Below are positions 38,481-49,581 of a stretch of DNA of 63,778 nucleotides, piece by piece (position 1 is the stretch's first letter; each line of letters begins with the position of its first letter). The DNA is from Setoptus koraiensis (taxonomy: Eukaryota; Animalia; Arthropoda). The stretch lies in assembly GCA_048013815.1 (NCBI GenBank), contig CM106586.1, forward strand, positions 12,834,223 to 12,898,000, in the 5' to 3' direction. Both the position numbers and the translations under genes were made by a program. Under the pieces are notes generated by a model. It saw nothing but the letters and a program-made list of their open reading frames with translations, did no database searches and was not told the origin of the DNA.

Positions 38481-38786
38481 ATGATATCAATTCGTCTTAT
38501 TCTTGTGGCAGCGGCCATAGCGGCTACATGTGCAACTATGTTGTCCGTTGAAGTTGACGCTGGAGTTTTAGGTTCCGGTCAAAAATCGGGCGAGGATAGT
38601 AATGTTAGCAGCAATAAATTAGCAAATTCTGAGGCAGCAGAAGATGAGACCTTCGGCGTGAAATGGGAGTCACAAATCGAGGAATCGGAACAGGGATCAC
38701 AAATGCAATATCCGAGATGGCAGCCGAAGTTGATTCCTATCGATAAAATTATTAAAGACCGAAGACAATTTGGGACTCACAAATGA
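38481..38786 (+). CDS. Orphan small secreted protein, paralog 1 (101 aa)
   Basis: Signal peptide MISIRLILVAAAIAATCATMLSVEVDA; N-terminal half highly similar to 39542-39802. Confidence 0.85.
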   Translation: MISIRLILVAAAIAATCATMLSVEVDAGVLGSGQKSGEDSNVSSNKLANSEAAEDETFGVKWESQIEESEQGSQMQYPRWQPKLIPIDKIIKDRRQFGTHK

Positions 38787-39541
38787 CATTCATAGGTCTC
38801 GAAGCCTATTCCTCGGCGACACTGGCAAAAAACCATCAGCGGCCTACTAGGATTAGTAGTGGTAACAACAAATCATAACCCGATCAATCACAACAGTCAA
38901 CTAGAAATGCAAAAATAATCCAGTTTAATATTAATGATTGGATCAAATTAGAGCGTGATTTCGTAACATCTGAATTTGTTGACAAATCATGTCAACGAAA
39001 CGCTCCTTCGGCAATTACTTGATCAAAAATCCATCAAGGTATTAATAAAGTGAATAATCACGATGCCACGTAATGTGTTTGTTTACTCTTTATTGAAGTG
39101 AATCGACATTTTGACTATTCAATCGAAATCGGTTACAGTTGGTTGTGGCCTCGGATGAAGTATCCAGTCAGTTATATATAGCCTCTGTGTTGGCAATGTT
39201 TGCGATTGTGCCAACATGCCACGAGCACAGATACTGGCGAGACTGGGTACAAACTAGCTATTGGATGTTGATTTGGAATTTTCGCCGCACTTTTCGACGA
39301 TATAAAAGCTAAAAATAAGTACAGTCTTTTCGTTGAAATTGATGATCCGATGTTTATTTATGGACATCGATGTGCGACGTTTGTCGAATCGAGTAGAAGT
39401 GAAACATTCCCATTTGTATCTCGCATACAACACTCAAACTATTACGACCACCACGATTAACAGTTTAAACGATAGTTCATTGCGATCGGAATACTCTCAT
39501 CGATTTGCAATTTAATTAAAACAACAACGATTATTTCAAAG

Positions 39542-39802
39542 ATGACATCATTTCGGCTTATTCTTGTGGCAGCGGCCCTTGCGGCTACATGTGCAATCAT
39601 GTTGTCCGTTGAAGTTGACGCTGGGATTCCAGGTTTCGGTCAAAAATCCGGTGAGGATAGTAATGTCTACGGCAATAAATTGGCAAGCTCTGAGCTATCA
39701 GAAAAAGCGACCTTAGGCGTGAAAGAGGAGACACAAAGATTACGAAGCAAACTTTGGAAGGATCCTGTCTTCGATAATCAAAAATATTTTAGAGTTTATT
39801 AA
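39542..39802 (+). CDS. Orphan small secreted protein, paralog 2 (86 aa)
   Basis: Signal peptide MTSFRLILVAAALAATCAIMLSVEVDA; shares GQKSGEDSNV..NKLA.SE with paralog 1, with a divergent C-terminus. Confidence 0.85.
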   Translation: MTSFRLILVAAALAATCAIMLSVEVDAGIPGFGQKSGEDSNVYGNKLASSELSEKATLGVKEETQRLRSKLWKDPVFDNQKYFRVY

Positions 39803-40277
39803 TTGCCAAAACCGGATGGCTTTCTCTGGTGCTCGAGAACGGCGATCATTGACGAATTTGGCGGCGCACTAGAATTAGAAGTGGCGACGACAGTTCATGA
39901 CGCGATCAATCACAGCAGTCAACTGAAAATGCAACAATCATCCAATTTAATAGTAATGATTAAACTAGAGCGTGAATTCGCAACATCTAAATCTGTTGAC
40001 AAATCATGTCAACGAAACACTTCTTCGGCAATTACTTGATCGAAAATCTATCAAGGTATTAATAAAGTGAATCAGCAAGATGCCACGTAATGGGTTTGTT
40101 TACTCTTTAGGCACACATATCTGTCAAAAGTAAAGCATTATCTCACAATTATATGTCGGACACGCGTTTTATTGACCTCATAACAAGAGCTTATATTTTG
40201 TGTTTTCGTTTATTGTTATTGATTAATTATCGATAATCTTACGATTGCAATCATGGTTGAGTTGTGTGCCAGAATGG

Positions 40278-41522
40278 TCATTCTTGCAAAATCTCGGCCT
40301 TAGTTTTGGCTCTGATTTCATCCGCAGTTGGCACGAAAATGTTTAAATAATCTCCAAGGCGATTCAAGAAAATCTGACTGAACAAACCTTTTCTCACCGA
40401 CCTAAGCACCCTGTTTCTGTCTACATTGAGCTCATTTGAGCACTTCTTCTGGAAGAATAACCTCATGAAGGATCCATTGGAATAGCATGAATTCGACTTG
40501 ACGCTGTCCTTAAATTCTTCACCTGTCACACTTTTTGCTAGCGATTGGTCAAACTCGAACGGTTCAAAAACATCCAATTCGTCATTGGTGTTAGTGAGCC
40601 GGCCGAAAACCAGCTTCATATAGTCGCCATCCTTGTGAACCTTTGCCTCAATTAGCTTGATAACTTCGCACACTTGTGCCACTGCTAATAGAGACACATG
40701 GTCAGCAATGGCGCTGCCATCCGACTGCTGATGGTGATCTCCCGCTGCCGGGGCCACAGTGTAGCCCCTTCTAGCCATTTCGGCTATACCATACAGTATG
40801 TTCTGGTGATATGCAGATATTCGCCGACACGCCGATTGTATTTCGAAGAAAACCGCCAGCGACTCATCGGCTGCTGGCAACAAGAGAGTGTAAGCCTTGT
40901 TTTTTATGTTTGAAACTATTTCGTCGGCATATATCAGATTCTCGACTCTTGGGCCGGCCGGTAATTCGTACAGGGCCTCACTTGCTGAGTAGGAATTCTC
41001 TCCCAGAAAGATGGCTTTAGTTCTGACAATAACATTCAAGATAGTTTGAATAGGGCCAATATAATCGTTATCCGCTTGCACTTTGGCCAATCTCGCATCG
41101 AATACCTCCTTACATTTCGACAACACTTTCTTCGCGTAGAAATCAAACAAGTTTTTCAGATTGTGATCGCGAGCATTAGTGAATCTAGCATCATGATATC
41201 GGGCTAATACCTTGCGAATATAATTATAATCACAAACATCTTCTTCCTTGCCCACATCAATGGCTAATTGTAGAGCTTTCACGTCGTCTATGGGATCGGT
41301 TTGTGTATTCAAGCATTTCATCAATTCTTTTCTGTCAAGAGTCTCCGATAACTTCAAAAATTGCGGCACGAATTCCTCCTCGAACTGTTGCAAAGTGTCT
41401 ATCTTGATGATAGAATTTACACAAGACTTTATTTGTTCATTCGTGAAGAAACCAGACACTGTACTGGCCAAAACCACTGCTACCACGGCAGATAATGTTA
41501 ACAGTTTTTTCGGTGTAGCCAT
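40278..41522 (-). CDS. Orphan secreted Cys-containing helical protein, 414 aa, single exon
   Basis: Signal peptide MATPKKLLTLSAVVAVVLASTVSG; long stop-free ORF; no known domain recognised. Confidence 0.85.
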   Translation of the reverse strand: MATPKKLLTLSAVVAVVLASTVSGFFTNEQIKSCVNSIIKIDTLQQFEEEFVPQFLKLSETLDRKELMKCLNTQTDPIDDVKALQLAIDVGKEEDVCDYNYIRKVLARYHDARFTNARDHNLKNLFDFYAKKVLSKCKEVFDARLAKVQADNDYIGPIQTILNVIVRTKAIFLGENSYSASEALYELPAGPRVENLIYADEIVSNIKNKAYTLLLPAADESLAVFFEIQSACRRISAYHQNILYGIAEMARRGYTVAPAAGDHHQQSDGSAIADHVSLLAVAQVCEVIKLIEAKVHKDGDYMKLVFGRLTNTNDELDVFEPFEFDQSLAKSVTGEEFKDSVKSNSCYSNGSFMRLFFQKKCSNELNVDRNRVLRSVRKGLFSQIFLNRLGDYLNIFVPTADEIRAKTKAEILQE

Positions 41523-42408
41523 TGAATTGATGTAAGGGCACCTAAGTCTTTGCGAAAATTTTTGAGTGAGAAATTCCGTGTAATGGCAAACTTACTAGCA
41601 CAATGAAAATTTTCTGTTCATTGTTGAACAAATCAATCGCGGCCCGCAAGTCGCTAAGCCGCTGTATCGGAGCCTAAAAATAGATTGCTATCATGATGCT
41701 TCGAAGTTGCATAACAGCTAGGTCAGGTGCCTTCATTTTGGATTTGTATCTGGCAATAATGAGTTAGCTGGATACCATACCGTTCTGACGTAGTTTTCAT
41801 GTGGCCGCCATAAAAATGTATACACAGTTTTTTATTCACTAGATAATGCGGCGAGCAAGGATACTTCGGAAACGATGGCAGCTGCCCAATTGCACATCGA
41901 GTCCCGTGTGTCACAAAAATTAAAGATTTAGCATTGCAAAAAAATTATGTTCTTGGCTTGGACGTTTCCTGATATGTGATCGAAAATATTCCTTTCGAAA
42001 ATCTTTCATATTGTAGCGACTGATGAAATCAATTCGTTGGAGTCGTTCGCATGAAATCCTCATTTCACATTTCTCTAGTGACTCTTGTTGGCAAAGTCGG
42101 CAAGATGGTCGTATTCTGAGGCTCATAGTTCAACTATGATAGTCGAGCGTGATATCGATAACTATTTGGAGTATCCGATCTACAGAATACGAACAGGTGA
42201 ATACACGGTGTATTGCATAATTGTAGTGCTGAACACGATGTAATCTAAACCGACGAAATTGATACGCGATGCCTTCATCTTGATGTGCGTGTGTGTCTAA
42301 CTACTGACTTACTATTCACCAGATCGAGTTGAGATAACGTTACTCAATTAGATATGAAACAGTTTCGATCAGTCAATCTAGGAGCTGAAGAGACAGGTTT
42401 CATCTGAC

Positions 42409-44544
42409 ATGAGGTCGCGTTCAGTATTGACGAGGATGATTGCCTTGGGGACGATAAACTATTTATTTTTATTTGTTTGCTTCGCCAATCAAATATGCGG
42501 GGCCAGAAATGGGCCAAATGCGGCCTTTGCCAAGGCGAATAATGACAAGTTGGCCCCAACAACCGAGGGCTATATTGTGCAAAGTTTTGCTCGTTATGCG
42601 AATTGGGACAGCAAAAAGAGTGCAGGAATAATAGAGAATCTGATACACAATGTGTTGTCACTTGAAGCAAATAATGTTAACAATGATAAAAAAATATCTT
42701 CTGACTTCGAAGACGTGAAAGCGATCATTGGACAGGCTCTAGTGGGCGCGTTGCCTGAAATCGATAGCGAATTAGATTTGATAATTGAAGCGAACAACAA
42801 AGAGGCAGAAAAGTCAAGGATTTTGACGCGAGTTCTCCAAGATTTGCATATATTCGTTGAGATAAGTTTGGACGAAACAAGCAGCAGCAACAATATATTG
42901 CTCGAGGCAACTGATACAATAGCGTTTATTCCCATTGCTCTCAGGATAATTCGGCACGTTTTTGAGGAGCTAAAAAGAGACGCTCTGACACAGGCAAACG
43001 CCATTGGCCAGTCGAGATTTATTTGGGGGGCTGTGGCTGGAGTTATCGGGAATGCTGTGGCCAAGGAGGTTGCCAAAACCGCCATCGGTGTCGTCGTTCC
43101 GTCTAAAATTCTTGACAACAACGCCGAGCCCTCAGTGGTCGTAGCGCCTCCCAAAGCCGCAGTCACAACAGCCAGACCCGCGTTTGCGCCTCCCAAAGCC
43201 GCGGTCACGACAACCAAAATTTCACCTGTTGTTAGTGACGATGCAACAACCAGATCTGATGAAATATTGGTAGGGTTGCCTCAACAGATAGCATCGGCAA
43301 ACTTATCGGACGAGTTTTTACATTACTCAAACTATGAAGGTCGCGTGAGTAAGTGTCCCGTTTGTGAGTGTATCGTGCGCAATGAGGCTACAAACAGAGG
43401 GGACAAACAATCAGATGATACAAACAATCAGTATGGTATGAACAACAAAAACAATGATAATGACGCAACAATCGCATATGGGGGAACATGGGACGCCGAG
43501 AGTGTGTCCAATTTGCTTAGTATTTTTGACGAAGGACTCAAAGTGCTCAACGAGTATATTTTGCCCCTGTTCTCTAAGAGAGAAACTAAAACTCAGACGG
43601 GATCTGTCACAGGTAATGACAACATGACAATAATGGTCAAGTGTCCGGCTTGCGTTTGTAATATAACTATTTACAACACAAACAACTATTATGGTTGTGG
43701 TGCAAACAATTCCAGCGCCACCTACCGAAAGAAGCGAGTTGACCGGCGCAAGCCACTGACGATAGGAAGCGATGACGATAATGCTAATAGATTATTCTTG
43801 GCGAGTCACTTCATGAAAGTCACCGTGCCAAAGATATACTCCGAACAGATTATGACCAAATGGCGCGTTGGTCAACTGGACGGCCACAACCAGAGCACCG
43901 GAAACTTGCAAACAGCAACAAACGAAGACAATGTCGGGCGCAATAAATCGGTAGCGACCAGTGGCGACAATCTGGCCGGAGTTTACACTTTCATTCAGAA
44001 TATGATGGCCGAAAGAAAAACCGTTGTGGGCGCAATGTTTCATTGGCGTGCCGCTATTGCCAGTCAATTTGCAGGCAGACAAAATAAGCGTATTTCTTCA
44101 ACGGAATTCGTTCTAATGGAAAAACACTTGTCAACACTGATGCAACATTTAGCAACGGCCTACAGGAGCTTTGGCGAGCCCATTGTGGAGCATGCCCAAG
44201 TGACCAATACAACAAACGAAGCTGGCGATGACAGCGATAAACAAATATATTGGGCGCCATTTGGACAGGAAATTTTGAAGTATTATGAGCAGGTAGTTGA
44301 CATTTACAGACAGAGGTACGTCCGCAACGAAACTGCGACGGGCGAGACAGCGATTGTTTCAAAGATCAACTATATGGCCAAGTTGAAAGACTACACAAAC
44401 AGAGTGAGCACGGCCATTGTGACAGACCGGCGATTTTTGGAAAAAATTCGGGCAGCGCGCGGCAACCAGCCAATCGTGAGTGGCCTGCTGAGGAGACGAT
44501 TGAACGACGAAGAGCTGGCCAACGGGGCCAAAAATCACAGCTGA
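42409..44544 (+). CDS. Orphan secreted modular protein, 711 aa, with two CPxCxC motifs, an APPKAAVTT repeat and basic cleavage sites
   Basis: Signal peptide ending ...FVCFANQICG; CPVCEC at 43354, CPACVC at 43642, RKKR at 43726. Confidence 0.85.
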   Translation: MRSRSVLTRMIALGTINYLFLFVCFANQICGARNGPNAAFAKANNDKLAPTTEGYIVQSFARYANWDSKKSAGIIENLIHNVLSLEANNVNNDKKISSDFEDVKAIIGQALVGALPEIDSELDLIIEANNKEAEKSRILTRVLQDLHIFVEISLDETSSSNNILLEATDTIAFIPIALRIIRHVFEELKRDALTQANAIGQSRFIWGAVAGVIGNAVAKEVAKTAIGVVVPSKILDNNAEPSVVVAPPKAAVTTARPAFAPPKAAVTTTKISPVVSDDATTRSDEILVGLPQQIASANLSDEFLHYSNYEGRVSKCPVCECIVRNEATNRGDKQSDDTNNQYGMNNKNNDNDATIAYGGTWDAESVSNLLSIFDEGLKVLNEYILPLFSKRETKTQTGSVTGNDNMTIMVKCPACVCNITIYNTNNYYGCGANNSSATYRKKRVDRRKPLTIGSDDDNANRLFLASHFMKVTVPKIYSEQIMTKWRVGQLDGHNQSTGNLQTATNEDNVGRNKSVATSGDNLAGVYTFIQNMMAERKTVVGAMFHWRAAIASQFAGRQNKRISSTEFVLMEKHLSTLMQHLATAYRSFGEPIVEHAQVTNTTNEAGDDSDKQIYWAPFGQEILKYYEQVVDIYRQRYVRNETATGETAIVSKINYMAKLKDYTNRVSTAIVTDRRFLEKIRAARGNQPIVSGLLRRRLNDEELANGAKNHS

Positions 44545-47500
44545 CCAAAACTAAATCGCTCACTCATAGACTCGATTTGTTTTGATTTCGGACTTGGATT
44601 GAACGAATTGACAAACAATTCGTTTGTTCGGAACCACGATGTTTGTCGGATTCAGAAAGGCGCCCATCGGTGAGATTGACCCGTTCATCGCTTGCCACCC
44701 ATCATCTGTAATGTTGTTACTGTGCAAATGTTGCTGTTGAGCTTGTCAGCGCCCATACCGATCATTGACATTGTTGCTAGAACATTCCTGGAACAATCGA
44801 TAGAGAGTAACTGTCATTATGTGCGACGACAATAATTATATATTATACAGATTGCAGGGCAACTCGGGCCAAACGACCGACAACGACTCAGCGCTGGCCC
44901 AATTGTTGTCGCTGTTGTTGTCAGATACCTTTATGGCTTCATTTAATTGATTTACGACTCTAGATTGCGCATGCCAAGACAACGCTGGCCAGACAGCGCT
45001 GACTGTGTTAAGTCGTCGTGTAGACGACGAGACACATATTACATCATATAATCGTATTATCATATTAGCCTAATAGTTGGCGGGCTAATTAGTTGGGCCA
45101 GTTGGCGAGCTGTAATTGACACTGCCGACTGGCTCACGTCAAGGGACGAGGAGTCATTGATTGGCTCAGTGATTTAGGCCTTGTGCCGAACCAGCATGCA
45201 AACAACACAATTGAAAGATATTTCCCTCTGTGTAGTGCATATGTCACACAATTCAGGTTTAGTAGTAGAGCAAAGTGCCGTCGACAAACAATTTAGGATC
45301 ATCCACGCTTGAGCTTAATTAGCTATGAATAAACACAAACGATTTCGGTGTGCAAGCAGTGGCGAAAATTGAAAAACGCTGACACAATTATCTCTTGTCT
45401 CCAACAATCGGCAGTGTTTGCAATCAGCGCTGATGCAACACTGCTGTCGTTACACCGGCAGTCGTTACAAATGTCAACTAGTCTTATATAGTTTTAGTAT
45501 ATAGTATTTTATATTTTGCACTTGTCGACGAAAGCGTTGCCTTGTTGCTTGTCTACCTGTTGTTGTTTGTCTACCTGTTGTTGTTTGTTTTGCGCTGCTG
45601 TGTCGTCTGGCCAAGCGGCCAAGTTTGTTTGCCTGTTGACTGACTGAAGCCAGTGGGCGAATCGTGTCGTGTTAATGCTTCGATGCTCGCACCTGATGCT
45701 GCTCGGCTGCAAGCCACTTGAGCCTCTCAACTTGAGACACTCATGTCGAAATTAATAGAATAGTATCAGTGGGTCAGTGCAAATAAGCAAAAAGCGCTTA
45801 TTTGTCGTTGTTGTCGCTGTTGTCGCTGTTGTCGCTGTTGTTGTTGTTGTTGTTGTTGTTTTTGTGTCGCTATTGTTGTCGCAATGATCGAGTAAAGTCA
45901 GCCAGTTGCGTAATGAAGTGGACTTGACCATGACAGCGATACAGCTATCTGTTCTTTCAACGAAACCTATTTATTTACTGCTCATTTAAAACTATTTAAA
46001 CTCACCTGTGTGTGTGTGTGTCAATACAATGACAACGACAACAAGTTGACAACTCATCGGCCATTTGCATTGACCAAGCCGAAACTACCATCTATAACTG
46101 CATTAACGCACCAATAAATAACGCCGATACACGGCTGATGTCGTTGTTGCTGCTGTGGTTGTTGTTGTCGTTGTTGCTGTTGCTGTTGTCGTCGTCGTTG
46201 TTGTTGTCGTTGTTGTTGTCGCCATAGCGCCAATGCCAATGGCAGCAACAAACAATTGTCAAGTACATGCTGGCCCAGCGTTTGTTGTGTTTTATCACTT
46301 GTTTATTGCCCATCTATCGCAACACTGTCACTATCATGTGTGCCACACATGACACTACTCACCTATGCCAGTAAATAGGTGTTACGTAAGTACAGTTACG
46401 TAGCAAATAGTCGCTACATAGGGTTGTAACAGTTAACAAGTGACGCAATGCGATCATGTTACAACGGCCAGTGATGCAACATGATCGTTTGTTATTTGTT
46501 GTTGTTGTTGCTGTTGTTTGTCAGTTGCAAGCAGCTGATCAGTCATCACTAGTGAGTATAGCAAGTCGCAACTGTGTTAGTTTGTCTCGTCATCATTTGT
46601 GCCATTCGCAAACAAGAAACGACTTGTGTTACATAACATAATGATAATAACAATAACAGCAATGGTAATGATAATCTCTCATCATCAATCATCGGGTAAT
46701 TGCCAGCAGACGGCAGCATCACAATTGAGCGCTGATATCGGCAATGTTGACGCTGTTGCCGCTGCTGGTGGAGATGTTGCCGATATTGCTAATATTGCTG
46801 CGGCAAATAATAGCAGCCGATTGCTAACGCAATCGGCTGCTATTATTTGACACAAACGTACACACAAATATGCAAATGTGCAAACGTCGGCCGTCTGTCC
46901 GGCTCGGCCCGACACACTGGCTCGGCACCAAAATAGCGGTTAATGGCCGTCTAGTGCGCATATACGAGCAGCGTTTTATCTATCACAAGATGCTGTCTGA
47001 TAGATGAGACGGCGACGTCGAGCCTGACGTTTGTTGGCCAATAATGACCGCTAGTTGGCGAACAGTCACCTGTTGCATCGGGCGAGGGCGCAGCTTTGGC
47101 CCAGCCAGTGGCAGGCTTATTCAGTTCAATTAGGTGTCAAACGACGGCGAGACACTTGGCCAGACTGCGACTGTGAGCATTGGACGACAGTGTGCGCTTA
47201 TGTAATTGTGTGCATTTGAGTGTCTACATTTACCTGTGCGATGCGAGGCCTGTATTTAGCTGGCTTGGCGGGCTAAATAGATGGCCGGTGGCAGGCTAAA
47301 CACACGGCGAGTCGCGGGTTAAATAGGCTGGCCAACACATGTGAGTGACACACAATAATCAAGAGTTTGACAAGAGTTTATATGTTTGGTTTAAATGAGC
47401 GGCAGTTTATGAGTATGTTAGTGAAATTGCGGGCGATGTTGCAGCGAGGCCGGCTGAACCGCTAAACAGTATCGTCTGACAATTATTCAGCTGAGTGTTT

Positions 47501-47603
47501 TGATTTGAGCTGGCATGAGCGAAAGTCGGCGAGTTAGTGACAAACTTTTGCATTACATAATATTATTATGTTAGTGGCGTTGAGTCTACGATGCGGAGAT
47601 AGC

Positions 47604-47634
<31 letters not shown>

Positions 47635-49581
47635 ACCGGACAGATAAACAGCGCAACAGTGGATGCGAGTGACTGGGCGACTTTAAGTAGTTTGCTCAGC
47701 GCCTGTCAAATCGATAAACTGACTGGCCTGCACCGATGACGCTCATTACAAGCACTCCATTCCGCAAACAACAACAACAACAACAACTGGCACTGATTAG
47801 CTGTCAAGCTGCAAGCTCACCTGTGCTGCCATTGCCTGCATGTTGCTGCTTTATTAACTGGCGCATGTGTCATCTAGTTACGACTGTGTGTTGCGTCATC
47901 GTGGCCGTTGCCGCTGCATTAGTAGCCATCATTAGCCGCTGTCGAGATAGAGCGAGCTCATTTGATGGCATTCATTCAATTGTGTTAATAGCGAGAGTGT
48001 CTCGGTTATTTTATTTTAATCTGCGCCGGTGCTTGTTGAGTGCGTCCTGTTGCGTCCAGTTTGCCAGTCAGTTTGCGGACAGCGTCTAGCGGGCGCCCTA
48101 TCAAACAATAATCCCAATACGGCAACAGTTAGTTCATGACAGTGTTCAGTTTGCAGCCAGTTTGCAACAACTCAGCCAGCAACAATTTAACAATTGTGTG
48201 TACTCACAATCGTCCACAATGAGCGACCATAATTGAAATCATAGCGTTGCGTGCCACAGCTCAATATGAGAGTTGCCCATTTCCTGCCCGACGCACCGGC
48301 CCAAGCAGCGACACACAACGACAAACGCTCCCAAATATAGAGCCAGATATAGAGAGACTCGTAGAGACAAATTCATCGACACAGTGAGAGTTTCCTGTCG
48401 AGCAGTGCATCGATTTCAATCAAAGCCACAACATGTGAGACAGATAATGCGAGAGCTGTCATAAAAGAAAACAGATTATTCATTATTGCATATCGCTAAC
48501 TGGCTCAACAAGTCCGCCGGCCCGACCAGTCAACCGGCCCGCGAGTCAACCGGCCGCAAGTCAACCGGCCCGACGAGTCAACTGGCCCGACAAATCCGCC
48601 GGCCCGACAAGCCAACTGGCCCGGTGAGCCAACTGGCCAGTGCAGGCCGCAGCAAGTCAGTTCAGTGGCAACAGCTCAAGCGGCCGAGTGGCAGAGATAG
48701 AAGCAAATAAATAGAGATGTAGCGCCAGTGAAAAAGAAAATGGATCAGTGTGCAAATTGATTATTTCTCTTATTGTTTGCCAGCGATCGACAATAGCAAC
48801 AAGTTGCAGTTAGCCGGCTATAAATAAGCGCACATGTCGGCATCATCGACAAATGATCAGTTGTATATATAGTTGTTGTAGTTAGTTGTGCACTGTCGTT
48901 GTTGTGCAAAAAAGCGCCTAGCTGCCATTCCATTTGCTGGCATGCAGGCAGCCAGCCAGCGAAAAGAAGCAAAATTCAAATTAATCACAGCGCACACAAC
49001 AAACAGTTACAATGAAGACAGCAAACTGTTTCTATTCATCCGATCACCGGCCACTGATCAATTGCGCTCCTGACCATTATGATACAATAACAACTGACCA
49101 GTCAAAACTTCTCTCAAACTCTCACAAGCCAACAACTGTTACATCAACATTCAATTGAATTCCAAGAATTCAGAGCGACCGTCGGCTGCCAATTAGCGCC
49201 ACTCCGTTATTAGGTGCGGTTGAATCGTCGTCGGCGACGTTGCTGACCACACCAGTCTCACTGGACCATGCCAACCAAAGCAGCCGTTCGGCCCGCCAGC
49301 CAGCCAGCCAGCCAACTAATCTGAATAGTCTGAGAGAACTCTTTTCCACCTAACATCACCACCATCTCAACTTCATATCTGGCAAGTGTCATGATGAACT
49401 GACCGCAAATCATGTGCAAATCAGCAACAACTAAAATCACTCTCAGATGCATAAAATGACAACGCGCCTCGCACTTTACAATCAGCAACAATTAATCACC
49501 GTCACAGAGCACAATCGTCAATAGTGTCAACAATATAATAATGTCATCGCTTATGCAAAAAATTATCATTCATCCAATAGA

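Larger units (their letters stand above)
38082..40166. repeat. Local direct duplication with order A(38082-38152), B(~38203-39089), unique, B'(~39260-40107), A'(~40105-40166)
   Basis: Near-identical gccgcacttttcga..tataaaagctaaaaataagtacagtct promoters, gacaaatcatgtcaacgaaac 3' blocks and ctttaggcacac..tcaaaagtaaag blocks. Confidence 0.9.

Noticed and set aside
5265-40039. Several in-frame stops followed by open sequence, considered as stop-codon reassignment
   Set aside because: Conserved genes here end normally at TAA or TAG and have no internal stops; the TAG at 31143-31141 is explained by a splice acceptor.
41723-42126. Short minus-strand ORFs with CxxC (CRLCQQESLEKC), possible decayed retroelement zinc finger
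   Set aside because: No RT, RNase H or integrase motif nearby; too little signal.
46599-46850. 83-aa ORF with a hydrophobic-looking N-terminus
   Set aside because: Hydrophobicity comes from an ATA/ATG trinucleotide repeat; non-ATG start and no splice support.
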